A program made the translations under genes and the position numbers. Below are positions 1 to 14,443 of a stretch of DNA of 64,000 nucleotides, piece after piece; within the stretch, counting starts at the first letter, position 1, and the number at the start of each line of letters is the position of its first letter. The notes beneath the pieces were generated by a model. That model was given only the letters and a program-made list of their open reading frames with translations. It did not search any database and was not told where the DNA came from. The stretch is from a phage: the sequence record PZ019084.1. One strand, written 5' to 3'.

Positions 1-2311
<2,311 letters not shown>

Positions 2312-2342
2312 ATATATTAAAGCATATTAAAGAGGATTAAAA

Positions 2343-4322
2343 ATGACTTTATTATCTCCGGGCATTGAGCTCAAAGAAACTACGGTTCAAAGCACCGTGG
2401 TTAATAACTCTACTGGTACAGCAGCTTTGGCCGGTAAATTCCAGTGGGGTCCTGCTTTTCAGATTAAACAGGTTACAAATGAAGTAGATTTAGTTAATAC
2501 TTTTGGTCAACCAACCGCTGAAACTGCTGACTATTTTATGTCTGCGATGAATTTCTTGCAGTACGGAAATGACTTACGAGTAGTTCGTGCTGTTGATAGA
2601 AATACCGCTAAAAACTCATCGCCAATTGCTGGTAATATTGAATACACAATTTCTACCCCAGGTAGTAACTACGCGGTTGGAGATAAAATCACGGTCAAAT
2701 ATGTTTCAGATGATATTGAAACTGAAGGTAAAATTACTGAAGTAGACGCAGATGGAAAAATTAAGAAAATTAATATTCCTACTGCAAAAATTATCGCTAA
2801 AGCGAAAGAAGTAGGCGAATATCCAACACTAGGTTCTAACTGGACTGCGGAAATTTCTTCATCTTCCTCTGGTTTAGCTGCAGTAATAACTCTTGGAAAA
2901 ATTATTACTGATTCTGGTATTTTATTAGCTGAAATTGAAAATGCTGAAGCTGCTATAACAGCTGTTGATTTTCAGGAAAATCTTAAAAAATATGGAATTC
3001 CAGGAGTAGTAGCTCTTTATCCAGGCGAATTAGGCGATAAAATCGAAATAGAAATCGTATCTAAAGCTGACTATGCAAAAGGAGCTTCTGCATTACTCCC
3101 AATTTATCCGGGCGGTGGTACTCGTGCATCTACTGCTAAAGCAGTGTTTGGATATGGACCACAAACTGATTCACAGTACGCTATTATAGTTCGTCGCAAT
3201 GATGCTATTGTTCAAAGCGTTGTTCTTTCAACGAAGCGTGGCGAAAAAGATATTTACGATAGTAACATCTATATTGATGACTTTTTCGCAAAAGGTGGTT
3301 CAGAATATATTTTCGCAACTGCACAAAACTGGCCAGAAGGCTTCTCTGGAATTTTAACTCTGTCTGGCGGATTATCATCAAATACTGAAGTAACAGCAGG
3401 AGATTTGATGGAAGCTTGGGACTTCTTTGCTGACCGCGAATCTGTTGATGTTCAGTTGTTTATTGCGGGTTCTTGCGCCGGCGAATCTTTAGAAACAGCA
3501 TCTACTGTCCAAAAACACGTCGTTTCAATTGGTGATGCTCGCCAAGACTGCTTAGTATTATGCTCACCACCGCGCGAAACTGTAGTTGGAATTCCTGTAA
3601 CTCGTGCTGTTGATAACTTAGTCAATTGGAGAACTGCAACAGGTTCATACACTGATAATAACTTTAATATCAGTTCAACCTATGCGGCAATTGATGGTAA
3701 CTATAAGTATCAGTATGACAAATATAATGATGTGAATCGTTGGGTTCCATTAGCAGCTGATATTGCTGGTTTATGCGCAAGAACTGATAACGTTTCTCAT
3801 ACTTGGATGTCTCCAGCTGGTTATAATCGTGGCCAAATTTTGAACGTTATTAAACTGGCTATTGAAACTCGCCAAGCTCAGCGCGACCGTTTATACCAAG
3901 AAGCTATCAACCCAGTAACTGGTACAGGTGGTGATGGTTACGTATTGTATGGTGATAAAACAGCTACTTCTGTTCCTTCTCCATTTGATCGTATTAACGT
4001 TCGTCGTCTGTTTAATATGTTGAAAACGAATATCGGACGTAGTTCAAAATATCGTTTGTTCGAATTAAACAACGCGTTTACTCGTTCATCATTCCGCACA
4101 GAAACTGCCCAGTACTTACAGGGAATTAAAGCTCTCGGTGGAATTTATGAATATCGTGTAGTTTGCGATACAACAAATAACACTCCGTCAGTAATTGATA
4201 GAAATGAGTTTGTTGCAACATTCTACATCCAACCGGCGCGCAGTATAAATTATATTACTTTGAATTTCGTCGCAACTGCTACTGGTGCAGATTTCGATGA
4301 GTTAACTGGTCTTGCAGGTTAA
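2343..4322 (+). CDS. 18: contractile tail sheath protein, 659 aa
   Basis: Length, sequence and position match T4 gp18. AGAGGA RBS upstream. Confidence 0.95.
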   Translation: MTLLSPGIELKETTVQSTVVNNSTGTAALAGKFQWGPAFQIKQVTNEVDLVNTFGQPTAETADYFMSAMNFLQYGNDLRVVRAVDRNTAKNSSPIAGNIEYTISTPGSNYAVGDKITVKYVSDDIETEGKITEVDADGKIKKINIPTAKIIAKAKEVGEYPTLGSNWTAEISSSSSGLAAVITLGKIITDSGILLAEIENAEAAITAVDFQENLKKYGIPGVVALYPGELGDKIEIEIVSKADYAKGASALLPIYPGGGTRASTAKAVFGYGPQTDSQYAIIVRRNDAIVQSVVLSTKRGEKDIYDSNIYIDDFFAKGGSEYIFATAQNWPEGFSGILTLSGGLSSNTEVTAGDLMEAWDFFADRESVDVQLFIAGSCAGESLETASTVQKHVVSIGDARQDCLVLCSPPRETVVGIPVTRAVDNLVNWRTATGSYTDNNFNISSTYAAIDGNYKYQYDKYNDVNRWVPLAADIAGLCARTDNVSHTWMSPAGYNRGQILNVIKLAIETRQAQRDRLYQEAINPVTGTGGDGYVLYGDKTATSVPSPFDRINVRRLFNMLKTNIGRSSKYRLFELNNAFTRSSFRTETAQYLQGIKALGGIYEYRVVCDTTNNTPSVIDRNEFVATFYIQPARSINYITLNFVATATGADFDELTGLAG

Positions 4323-4338
4323 TACGGTGCATTCTAAA

Positions 4339-4356
4339 GGCCTGTTTCGGCAGGCC
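4339..4356 (+). terminator. GC hairpin downstream of gene 18
   Basis: GGCCTG-tttcgg-CAGGCC lies 17 nt after the stop. There is no strong T-run, so it may be only a partial terminator or RNA-stability hairpin. Confidence 0.45.
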
Positions 4357-4357
4357 A

Positions 4358-4365
4358 TATAAATA
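4358..4365 (+). promoter_or_regulatory. T4 late promoter box TATAAATA
   Basis: Exact TATAAATA in the 18-19 spacer. Confidence 0.6.
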
Positions 4366-4416
4366 CACTATATCCTTAATTCTTTAATTCTATATGCCCT
4401 AGGTTAAACATAGGGA

Positions 4417-4424
4417 TATAAATA
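4417..4424 (+). promoter_or_regulatory. T4 late promoter box TATAAATA upstream of gene 19
   Basis: Exact TATAAATA ending 14 nt before the gene 19 ATG. Confidence 0.65.
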
Positions 4425-4438
4425 CTACAGAGGCTAAT

Positions 4439-4930
4439 ATGTTTGTAGATGATGTAACACGAGCGTTTGAATCTGGTGATTTTGCTCGACCTAACTTGTT
4501 CCAAGTAGAAATTTCTTATCTTGGACAAAATTTTACGTTTCAATGTAAAGCCACTGCTTTACCAGCTGGTATTGTAGAAAAAATTCCAGTCGGGTTTATG
4601 AACCGTAAAATTAACGTAGCAGGCGATCGTACATTCGATGACTGGACTATTACAGTAATGAACGATGAGGCACATGATGCACGCCAGAAGTTTGTTGACT
4701 GGCAAAGCATTGCTGCTGGGCAAGGAAACGAAATTACCGGTGGAAAACCAGCAGAGTATAAAAAGAGCGCTATTGTACGCCAATATGCTCGTGACGCTAA
4801 AACTGTGACAAAAGAAGTCGAAATTAAAGGCCTGTGGCCTACTAACGTGGGTGAACTTCAATTAGATTGGGATTCAAACAATGAAATCCAAACCTTTGAA
4901 GTAACTCTCGCTCTCGATTATTGGGAATAA
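4439..4930 (+). CDS. 19: tail tube protein, 163 aa
   Basis: Length, sequence and position match T4 gp19. Confidence 0.95.
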   Translation: MFVDDVTRAFESGDFARPNLFQVEISYLGQNFTFQCKATALPAGIVEKIPVGFMNRKINVAGDRTFDDWTITVMNDEAHDARQKFVDWQSIAAGQGNEITGGKPAEYKKSAIVRQYARDAKTVTKEVEIKGLWPTNVGELQLDWDSNNEIQTFEVTLALDYWE

Positions 4931-4936
4931 AATGAA

Positions 4937-4952
4937 TGGGGAGAAATCCCCA
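4937..4952 (+). terminator. hairpin downstream of gene 19
   Basis: TGGGGA-gaaa-TCCCCA (GNRA-type loop) 7 nt after the stop. Confidence 0.45.
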
Positions 4953-4962
4953 TCCTGCTTAA

Positions 4963-6587
<1,625 letters not shown>

Positions 6588-6588
<1 letters not shown>

Positions 6589-6836
6589 TGGAAGGTTTAA
6601 TTGAAGCTATTAAATCAAACGACCTCGTAGCCGCTCGTAAATTATTTGCTGAAGCCATGGCTGCAAGAACGATTGATTTAATTAAAGAAGAAAAAATCGC
6701 TATCGCTCGTAATTTCTTAATTGAAGGTGAAGAACCTGAAGACGAGGATGAAGATGATGACGAAGATAGCGATGATAAAGACGACAAAAAAGACAAAGAC
6801 TCTGATGAAGATGACGAAGACGAGGATGATGAATAA
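6588..6836 (+). CDS. 67: prohead core protein, acidic C-terminus
   Basis: 82 aa with a poly-D/E tail. TAATG coupling to gene 20. Position matches T4 gp67. Confidence 0.85.
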
Positions 6837-7261
6837 TGCTTCTGATCCCTGAAACTCATGAATTAGTTCTCGAGAATGTCGAAGCACTTATTCCTGAAGC
6901 ACAGGGTCGCTTTGACGAATTGTCTTCTGCTTTAAATAAAGACGATATAAATACAATTGTCGAGAATATGCTTGATGATGAAACTGATTTAGCGGTTGCA
7001 TTAGCTTCTATTAATGAAAATATGCCGTTAAATGAATTCATCGTTAAACATGTTTCTGCCCGTGGTGAAATTACTCGCACTAAAGATCGCAAAACCCGCG
7101 AACGCAATGCATTTCAAACCACCGGGCTGTCTAAAGCAAAACGTAGACAAATTGCTCGCAAAGCTACCAAAACGAAGATTGCCAATCCAGCAGGTCAATC
7201 TCGTGCTCAGCGTAAGCGTAAAAAAGCTCTTAAACGCCGTAAAGCATTAGGATTAAGCTAA
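6836..7261 (+). CDS. 68: prohead core protein, basic C-terminus
   Basis: 141 aa, ATGA/TAATG-coupled on both sides, at the T4 gp68 position. Confidence 0.85.
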
Positions 7262-7899
7262 TGAATGAACCCCAATTACTAATTGAAACTTGGGGTCAAC
7301 CTGGCGAAATTATTGATGGCGTGCCAATGCTTGAATCTCACGATGGAAAAGACTTAGGTTTAAAACCGGGTTTATACATCGAAGGAATATTCATGCAAGC
7401 GGAAGTCGTCAATAGAAATAAACGTCTTTATCCAAAACGCATATTAGAAAAAGCGGTAAAAGACTATATCAATGAGCAAGTTTTAACTAAACAAGCTCTC
7501 GGAGAATTAAATCATCCTCCACGCGCTAATGTTGACCCGATGCAAGCCGCTATCATTATAGAAGATATGTGGTGGAAAGGAAATGACGTATACGGACGAG
7601 CTCGTGTTATTGAAGGTGACCATGGTCCTGGAGATAAATTAGCAGCTAATATTCGTGCCGGATGGATTCCAGGAGTTTCTTCTCGTGGATTAGGTTCATT
7701 GACTGACACAAATAAAGGTTATCGTATCGTAAACGAAGGATTCAAATTAACTGTAGGTGTTGATGCAGTATGGGGTCCAAGTGCTCCAGATGCATGGGTA
7801 ACTCCTAAGGAAATTACCGAATCACAGACGGCGGAAGCCGATACAAGTGCCGATGACGCCTATATGGCTCTCGCAGAGGCCATGAAAAAAGCGTTATAA
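7261..7899 (+). CDS. 21: prohead core scaffold/maturation protease, 212 aa
   Basis: Length and sequence match T4 gp21. Sits between 68 and 22. Confidence 0.92.
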   Translation: MNEPQLLIETWGQPGEIIDGVPMLESHDGKDLGLKPGLYIEGIFMQAEVVNRNKRLYPKRILEKAVKDYINEQVLTKQALGELNHPPRANVDPMQAAIIIEDMWWKGNDVYGRARVIEGDHGPGDKLAANIRAGWIPGVSSRGLGSLTDTNKGYRIVNEGFKLTVGVDAVWGPSAPDAWVTPKEITESQTAEADTSADDAYMALAEAMKKAL

Positions 7900-7902
7900 A
7901 TA
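7895..7902 (+). promoter_or_regulatory. late promoter TATAAATA upstream of gene 22
   Basis: Exact TATAAATA overlapping the gene 21 stop. Confidence 0.6.
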
Positions 7903-7929
7903 TTATTATCTAAACAACAGGACTACAAA

Positions 7930-8739
7930 ATGCTTAAAGAACAACTGATTGCCGAAGCGCAGAAAATTGATGCTTCCGTTGCTCTTGATAGTATTTTCGA
8001 ATCAGTTAATATTTCTCCGGAAGCAAAAGAAACTTTCGGCACTGTATTCGAAGCTACCGTCAAGCAGCACGCCGTTAAATTAGCTGAATCTCATATCGCT
8101 AAAATTGCTGAAAAAGCAGAAGAAGAAGTAGAAAAAAATAAAGAAGAAGCCGAAGAAAAAGCTGAGAAGAAAATCGCTGAGCAAGCTTCTAAATTCATCG
8201 ACCATCTTGCGAAAGAATGGCTCGCTGAAAATAAATTAGCAGTTGATAAAGGCATCAAAGCCGAACTGTTTGAATCCATGCTTGGTGGATTAAAAGAGCT
8301 CTTTGTTGAACACAACGTTGTTGTTCCAGAAGAATCAGTTGATGTTGTAGCTGAAATGGAAGAAGAGCTGCAAGAACATAAAGAAGAATCAGCTCGTCTG
8401 TTCGAAGAACTCAATAAGCGTGACGCATATATCAATTATGTGCAGCGTGAAGTGGCATTGAGCGAAAGTACTAAAGATCTGACTGAGTCTCAAAAAGAAA
8501 AAGTCTCTGCTCTGGTCGAAGGTATGGATTATTCAGATGAATTCTCAAGTAAATTGAGTGCCATCGTAGAAATGGTGAAGAAGTCTAATAAAGATGAAAG
8601 CACTATTACTGAGGGTATAAATACTCCTGATACTGAAGCAGCCGGACTGAATTTCGTCACTGAAGCTGTAGAAGATAAAGCTGCACCTGGTGCAGAAGAT
8701 ATTGTAAGTGTATATGCGAAAGTCGCATCTCGTTTCTAA
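7930..8739 (+). CDS. 22: major prohead scaffolding core protein, 269 aa
   Basis: E/K/A-rich coiled-coil composition. Length and position match T4 gp22. Confidence 0.92.
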   Translation: MLKEQLIAEAQKIDASVALDSIFESVNISPEAKETFGTVFEATVKQHAVKLAESHIAKIAEKAEEEVEKNKEEAEEKAEKKIAEQASKFIDHLAKEWLAENKLAVDKGIKAELFESMLGGLKELFVEHNVVVPEESVDVVAEMEEELQEHKEESARLFEELNKRDAYINYVQREVALSESTKDLTESQKEKVSALVEGMDYSDEFSSKLSAIVEMVKKSNKDESTITEGINTPDTEAAGLNFVTEAVEDKAAPGAEDIVSVYAKVASRF

Positions 8740-8757
8740 TTTTAAAGGTTAACACAA

Positions 8758-10323
8758 ATGACTATCAAAACTAAAGCTGAACTTTTGAACAAATGGAAGC
8801 CATTACTGGAAGGTGAAGGTTTACCGGAAATTGCTAATAGCAAACAAGCGATTATCGCTAAAATCTTTGAAAACCAGGAAAAAGATTTCCAGACAGCTCC
8901 GGAATATAAAGACGAAAAAATTGCTCAGGCATTTGGTTCTTTCTTAACAGAAGCTGAAATCGGTGGTGACCACGGTTACAATGCTACTAACATCGCTGCA
9001 GGTCAGACTTCTGGCGCAGTAACTCAGATTGGCCCGGCTGTTATGGGTATGGTACGTCGTGCTATTCCTAACCTGATTGCTTTCGATATTTGCGGTGTTC
9101 AACCGATGAGCAGCCCAACCGGTCAGGTATTCGCACTCCGCGCGGTATATGGTAAAGATCCGATCGCTTCCGATGCTAAAGAAGCATTCCACCCAATGTA
9201 TGGTCCAGACGCAATGTTCTCTGGTCAGGGTGCTGCTAAGAAATTCCCAGCTCTGGCTGCTAGCACACAAACCGTTGTAGGTGATATCTATACTCACTTC
9301 TTCCAGGAAACTGGTACTGTGTATCTGCAAGCTTCCGCTGTAGTAACAATCGATGCTGATGCGACTGATGCTGCTAAATTAGATGCTGAAATTAAGAAAC
9401 AAATTGAAGCTGGTGCACTGGTAGAAATCGCTGAAGGTATGGCTACTTCTATCGCTGAACTTCAGGAAGGTTTCAACGGTTCTACCGATAACCCATGGAA
9501 TGAAATGGGCTTCCGTATCGATAAACAAGTTATCGAAGCTAAATCTCGTCAGCTGAAAGCTGCTTACTCTATTGAATTAGCACAAGACCTCCGCGCTGTT
9601 CACGGTATGGATGCTGATGCTGAACTGTCTGGTATTCTGGCTACCGAAATCATGCTGGAAATCAACCGCGAAGTTGTTGATTGGATTAACTACTCAGCTC
9701 AGGTTGGTAAATCTGGTATGACCCTGACTCCGGGTTCTAAAGCTGGTGTATTTGACTTCCAGGATCCGATTGATATTCGTGGTGCTCGCTGGGCGGGTGA
9801 ATCCTTTAAAGCTCTGTTGTTCCAGATTGACAAAGAAGCAGTTGAAATTGCTCGTCAGACTGGTCGTGGTGAAGGTAACTTCATTATCGCTTCCCGTAAC
9901 GTAGTTAACGTTCTGGCTTCAGTTGATACTGGCATTTCTTATGCTGCACAGGGTCTGGCTACCGGCTTTAACACTGATACTACCAAGTCAGTATTTGCGG
10001 GTGTTCTGGGTGGTAAATACCGTGTATATATCGACCAGTATGCTAAACAGGATTATTTCACTGTAGGTTATAAAGGTCCGAACGAAATGGATGCTGGTAT
10101 TTACTACGCTCCATATGTAGCTCTGACTCCGCTGCGTGGTTCCGATCCGAAGAACTTCCAACCAGTAATGGGATTCAAAACTCGTTACGGTATCGGTATC
10201 AACCCATTTGCAGAATCCGCTGCTCAGGCTCCGGCTTCTCGCATCCAGAGCGGTATGCCTTCTATTCTGAATAGCCTTGGTAAAAACGCTTACTTCCGCC
10301 GTGTATATGTTAAAGGTATCTAA
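8758..10323 (+). CDS. 23: major capsid protein precursor, 521 aa
   Basis: Sequence matches T4 gp23 (MTIKTKAELLNKWKPLLEGEG...). Biased codon usage and raised GC are typical of a very highly expressed gene. Confidence 0.97.
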   Translation: MTIKTKAELLNKWKPLLEGEGLPEIANSKQAIIAKIFENQEKDFQTAPEYKDEKIAQAFGSFLTEAEIGGDHGYNATNIAAGQTSGAVTQIGPAVMGMVRRAIPNLIAFDICGVQPMSSPTGQVFALRAVYGKDPIASDAKEAFHPMYGPDAMFSGQGAAKKFPALAASTQTVVGDIYTHFFQETGTVYLQASAVVTIDADATDAAKLDAEIKKQIEAGALVEIAEGMATSIAELQEGFNGSTDNPWNEMGFRIDKQVIEAKSRQLKAAYSIELAQDLRAVHGMDADAELSGILATEIMLEINREVVDWINYSAQVGKSGMTLTPGSKAGVFDFQDPIDIRGARWAGESFKALLFQIDKEAVEIARQTGRGEGNFIIASRNVVNVLASVDTGISYAAQGLATGFNTDTTKSVFAGVLGGKYRVYIDQYAKQDYFTVGYKGPNEMDAGIYYAPYVALTPLRGSDPKNFQPVMGFKTRYGIGINPFAESAAQAPASRIQSGMPSILNSLGKNAYFRRVYVKGI

Positions 10324-10337
10324 TCTTTGACGATTTA

Positions 10338-10355
10338 AGGGACCTTCGGGTCCCT
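10338..10355 (+). terminator. rho-independent terminator after gene 23
   Basis: AGGGACC-ttcg-GGTCCCT followed by a T-rich tract. Confidence 0.7.
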
Positions 10356-10372
10356 TTAGTTGTTTTTATGGT

Positions 10373-10380
10373 ATAAATAA
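10373..10380 (+). promoter_or_regulatory. late promoter TATAAATA upstream of gene 24
   Basis: Exact TATAAATA 27 nt before the ATG. Confidence 0.6.
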
Positions 10381-10406
10381 ATCATATAAACCAAAAGGAA
10401 AGCGCA

Positions 10407-11690
10407 ATGGCTAAAATCAACGAACTTCTGCGCGAATCAACCACAACGAATAGCAACTCAATCGGTCGCCCAAATCTCGTTGCTTTGACTCGCGCTACCA
10501 CTAAATTAATATATTCTGACATTGTAGCAACACAAAGAACTAATCAACCTGTTGCTGCTTTTTATGGTATCAAATACCTTAACCCAGATAACGAATTTAC
10601 GTTTAAAACTGGTGCTACTTACGCTGGCGAAGCTGGATATGTAGACCGAGAACAAATCACAGAATTAACAGAAGAGTCTAAATTAACTCTCAATAAAGGC
10701 GATTTATTCAAATATAATAATATCGTTTATAAAGTATTAGAAGATACACCATTTGCTGATATTGAAGAAAGCGATTTAGAATTAGCTCTTCAGATTGCAA
10801 TTGTTCTTTTAAAGGTTCGTCTATTTTCTGACGCAGCGTCAACGAGCAAATTTGAAAGCTCTGATAGCGAAATTGCTGATGCTAGATTCCAGATTAATAA
10901 ATGGCAAACCGCAGTTAAATCTCGTAAACTTAAAACTGGCATTACAGTTGAATTAGCACAAGATTTAGAAGCAAATGGATTCGATGCTCCTAATTTCTTG
11001 GAAGATTTGCTCGCAACTGAAATGGCGGATGAAATTAATAAAGATATTCTGCAGTCTTTGATTACAGTATCAAAACGCTATAAAGTTACAGGAATTACTG
11101 ATACTGGATTCATTGATTTGAGTTATGCATCCGCGCCTGAAGCTGGTCGTTCATTATACCGAATGGTGTGTGAAATGGTTTCGCATATCCAAAAAGAATC
11201 AACTTATACAGCAACGTTCTGTGTTGCTTCAGCTCGTGCTGCTGCGATTCTTGCTGCATCAGGTTGGTTAAAACATAAACCAGAAGATGACAAATATCTT
11301 TCACAAAATGCCTACGGGTTCTTAGCTAATGGTTTACCGCTTTATTGCGATACTAACAGCCCATTAGATTATGTAATCGTTGGTGTAGTAGAAAATATTG
11401 GTGAAAAAGAAATTGTTGGATCAATTTTCTATGCTCCGTATACAGAAGGTCTTGACTTAGATGACCCTGAACATGTAGGTGCATTTAAAGTTGTAGTTGA
11501 TCCAGAAAGTTTGCAGCCATCTATTGGTTTATTGGTTAGATATGCTTTATCTGCAAATCCTTATACTGTAGCAAAAGATGAAAAAGAAGCAAGAATAATT
11601 GATGGTGGAGACATGGATAAAATGGCGGGTCGTTCAGATTTGTCTGTTTTATTAGGTGTTAAGCTACCAAAAATTATCGTTGATGAATAA
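10407..11690 (+). CDS. 24: capsid vertex protein, 427 aa
   Basis: Length and sequence match T4 gp24, a paralogue of gp23 (shared ELAQDL block). Confidence 0.93.
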   Translation: MAKINELLRESTTTNSNSIGRPNLVALTRATTKLIYSDIVATQRTNQPVAAFYGIKYLNPDNEFTFKTGATYAGEAGYVDREQITELTEESKLTLNKGDLFKYNNIVYKVLEDTPFADIEESDLELALQIAIVLLKVRLFSDAASTSKFESSDSEIADARFQINKWQTAVKSRKLKTGITVELAQDLEANGFDAPNFLEDLLATEMADEINKDILQSLITVSKRYKVTGITDTGFIDLSYASAPEAGRSLYRMVCEMVSHIQKESTYTATFCVASARAAAILAASGWLKHKPEDDKYLSQNAYGFLANGLPLYCDTNSPLDYVIVGVVENIGEKEIVGSIFYAPYTEGLDLDDPEHVGAFKVVVDPESLQPSIGLLVRYALSANPYTVAKDEKEARIIDGGDMDKMAGRSDLSVLLGVKLPKIIVDE

Positions 11691-11693
11691 AAC

Positions 11694-11715
11694 AAAGGGA
11701 CCGAAAGGTCCCTTT
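11694..11715. terminator. bidirectional terminator between convergent genes 24 and rnlB
   Basis: AAAGGGACC-gaaa-GGTCCCTTT, with A/T runs on both sides. Confidence 0.7.
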
Positions 11716-11719
11716 TTAT

Positions 11720-12724
11720 TTAACTTACCAATTCAATCCAAGCCGGACGAAGCACATCTTGTACCATTTTAACTAATTCCTTCTTAATCAAAGAAGGATT
11801 ATCTGCTTGAGTTAAAGTAATACCTTCACGAGAAGTTTCTTCCAAAATATCTTGAACAGTCAGTCCCATCACCTTTCCAAAATCCTTTGGACCAATTTCG
11901 CCAATTTTAGAAATAACGTTATTTACTCGATTCAGTGTAACGTAACAAGCTAAAATTCCCAGCAATTTATTATCAGCTTCTGACAACTCAACTTTAGCTT
12001 TAATAGGCTTATCAGACTTTTTCTTTTCACTGAATTTAGAGTTCTTGCATTTGATAGCTACGCGATTGCCATTAGGCATCCAAGAAGGATAACAAGGTTT
12101 CAATACATATCCTTCAGCAGTAAATACTTCGCCTTTTGCTTCGGCATTCCAAACGCATTTATTTGCATCAACTAATCCAGCATGGTCTACTGTAAAATTA
12201 TAATCTTGGACGACAGAATCTAAATCATTTGGCAATTTAATAAGCTCTTCAAATTTACCGCGACCTAAAAGTGGAGCCATTTTAAATTTAAATGTATTAC
12301 AAAATGATTCCATCATATAATCATCGACATAAGTTACATCACCACTTTCTGTAGTAACAATAATGTCAAATACATAAAAATCTTTATCACCATAATCGAC
12401 ATTCTTCTGAATGCCAGGTCCGGCGAATTCGCCGAAGACTTGATAAGATACAACAGCTGAAGTTTCCATAATATCTTGTACTGCTTTAATGGAATCAGCG
12501 TAATTCTTTAAAATAATTTCATACCCAAAGAAATCTTCAGCAGGAAGAATCGGTCCAGTACGTTTAGCACAAGTTACTTTATCGCGTTCAATAATCAGTG
12601 AGAAATTTGTGCCATGAATCTTTTCACGAGCTACCCATTCGCCACCAGTCAATCCTAAACTGTAAAGTTTTTCAATGAATTTAGAATTGTAATGATTTTC
12701 AAGACTGCTATACTTTTTAAACAT
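11720..12724 (-). CDS. rnlB: RNA ligase 2, 334 aa
   Basis: Nucleotidyl-transferase motif I EKIHGTN. Length and position match T4 Rnl2 (gene 24.1). Confidence 0.9.
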   Translation of the reverse strand: MFKKYSSLENHYNSKFIEKLYSLGLTGGEWVAREKIHGTNFSLIIERDKVTCAKRTGPILPAEDFFGYEIILKNYADSIKAVQDIMETSAVVSYQVFGEFAGPGIQKNVDYGDKDFYVFDIIVTTESGDVTYVDDYMMESFCNTFKFKMAPLLGRGKFEELIKLPNDLDSVVQDYNFTVDHAGLVDANKCVWNAEAKGEVFTAEGYVLKPCYPSWMPNGNRVAIKCKNSKFSEKKKSDKPIKAKVELSEADNKLLGILACYVTLNRVNNVISKIGEIGPKDFGKVMGLTVQDILEETSREGITLTQADNPSLIKKELVKMVQDVLRPAWIELVS

Positions 12725-12733
12725 AATTAATCC

Positions 12734-13012
12734 TCAAAATGTAATTTCTAACCAATCACCATCACGTTGATCACTATTGACTTTAAAGCTAAATCCTTCT
12801 TTTCTCAGCCAATCACCAATTTCTTCAGTAATCAATTTATCGCGAGCGGTACAATAATAACTAAAATATGTTTTACCTTGTTCAGCTGCTTTATTAGCAA
12901 GTTCCGAAAAATCTTTAATAAAACACTCTAGTTTAAACTGTTTACTTTTAAGTGCTTTTTCGCGTAATTGATTAGCAAAAGATTCATTTTCATAAAGATC
13001 ATACTGTTCCAT
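12734..13012 (-). CDS. 24.2: hypothetical protein (T4 24.2 position)
   Basis: 92-aa ORF with an RBS, in synteny with T4. Confidence 0.7.
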   Translation of the reverse strand: MEQYDLYENESFANQLREKALKSKQFKLECFIKDFSELANKAAEQGKTYFSYYCTARDKLITEEIGDWLRKEGFSFKVNSDQRDGDWLEITF

Positions 13013-13214
13013 TTTTCACCTTTTTATTAATATGCCTTTTTCTATAGACAACTTTTTCTCGAGTTTCAAATTTATTCTTAGCAGTCATAGCTCGAGCCCA
13101 TAATACAGCCACTTCCTTTGCCTGTAAGTTCAATTCACGAGCAATTTCAATGAATGACTTTCCAGACTCATGAAGAGTAAACACCACAACTTCAGTTCTC
13201 ATAATCAATCTCAT
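12999..13214 (-). CDS. 24.3: small putative helix-turn-helix protein (T4 24.3 position)
   Basis: 71-aa ORF. The GKSFIEIARELNLQAKEV segment looks like an HTH. The true start may be the internal Met at 13202. Confidence 0.6.
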   Translation of the reverse strand: MRLIMRTEVVVFTLHESGKSFIEIARELNLQAKEVAVLWARAMTAKNKFETREKVVYRKRHINKKVKNGTV

Positions 13215-13280
13215 GTTATCGAGTTGGTGCCATTATATACACCGTTTTCTGATTGTGTTTTGCGTGCTTTCAAAATGAAG

Positions 13281-13299
13281 AAGGGGGCCGAAGCCCCTT
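13281..13299 (-). terminator. hairpin terminator after hoc
   Basis: Plus strand reads AAGGGGGC-cgaa-GCCCCTT, just 3' of the hoc stop on the minus strand. Confidence 0.55.
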
Positions 13300-13303
13300 A
13301 TGA

Positions 13304-14434
13304 TTATGGATAGGTATAGATGATACCAGTTTCTAAAGCAGTTTTATGAATGATGTATCCATTGCGCGATTCTTGAACATCAACTTCTGGATAGTCTTTC
13401 ATCATCTTCTGAAGAGTGTAACGATGCAAGTAGTACTTACTATCTGGGTCGTCAGTTTTCCAATCTTTACCTTCTTCAGTCATTTTTTGGATTTCATCCA
13501 TAACCCACCAACCGCACCAGATGTAAGCTGAAGTGCGATGTGGAAGAGGATGAACATAAGGTAATTCACCTTCTGGTTCCGGAGCAACTTTATCAGTTAC
13601 CTGAACTTGACCTTCTGCTGTGATAGTTTTGCTATCATAGTCAGTTGCTGTAACGACAGCAGTAACTTCAATAGTTTGACTTCCAATAGATGATGTATCA
13701 ACGGTGTATACATTAGTTGACCCTTCTACTGGAGAAGAATCTTTCTTCCATGAATATTCAATTTGCGCTTCTTCTGGAGCATCAGTGACATTAGCAGTAA
13801 ATGTAGCCGAAGCATCTTGCTGAACATTAATAGAAGGAGGAGTCAATGTAACCTGTGGATTCATTGTCTTCTTATTAACAGTCAGTGATACTTCATTAGA
13901 AGTAACGCTCAGTGCATCATAATCTGTCGCTGTTACTTGAGCTACACACTTGATTTTTTTAACTCCGCTTGTAGTAGGAGTGTAATTGAATGTAGCACTA
14001 GTTGCTTCGCTCACAGGAGAACCGTCAACATACCATTGATACGTAGCAGATGCACCTGATGGCTGCGAAGCTAAGGCGGCAGTAAATTGAACTGGGGTTC
14101 CAATTACTCCAGCTGAAGGACTATTTGGAGTTACAGCTAAGGTAGTCGTTTGTGTCTTATTTTGAACTGTGATAGTTGTAGTAGCTTCTGCTGTTTCAGC
14201 TTCAGCTTCTGGAACTGTATTTGTTGCAACTACTTTAATAGTCTTTTGACCGGCAGGTCCTTTTAGTACATAACTAAAAGTTGCTTCAGCTCCATCTTGT
14301 GGAACATCATCTACAGTCCAAGCATAGGTAATAGTTCCGCCTCCAGTTTCACCACTGGGTGTAGCAGTAAACTGCTGAGTCTGATCTATAACTCCAGTAG
14401 GTGTTTTAGGAGTTATATCAACTGTAAAAGCCAT
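13304..14434 (-). CDS. hoc: highly immunogenic outer capsid protein, 376 aa
   Basis: Repeated Ig-like T/V/S-rich modules plus a C-terminal capsid-binding domain. Length matches T4 Hoc. Confidence 0.9.
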   Translation of the reverse strand: MAFTVDITPKTPTGVIDQTQQFTATPSGETGGGTITYAWTVDDVPQDGAEATFSYVLKGPAGQKTIKVVATNTVPEAEAETAEATTTITVQNKTQTTTLAVTPNSPSAGVIGTPVQFTAALASQPSGASATYQWYVDGSPVSEATSATFNYTPTTSGVKKIKCVAQVTATDYDALSVTSNEVSLTVNKKTMNPQVTLTPPSINVQQDASATFTANVTDAPEEAQIEYSWKKDSSPVEGSTNVYTVDTSSIGSQTIEVTAVVTATDYDSKTITAEGQVQVTDKVAPEPEGELPYVHPLPHRTSAYIWCGWWVMDEIQKMTEEGKDWKTDDPDSKYYLHRYTLQKMMKDYPEVDVQESRNGYIIHKTALETGIIYTYP

Positions 14435-14443
14435 AAGTTATCC

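Noticed and set aside
7032-7250. 72-aa plus-strand ORF overlapping gene 68 in another frame
   Set aside because: It is nested in gp68, which has strong synteny support. There is no independent translation signal.
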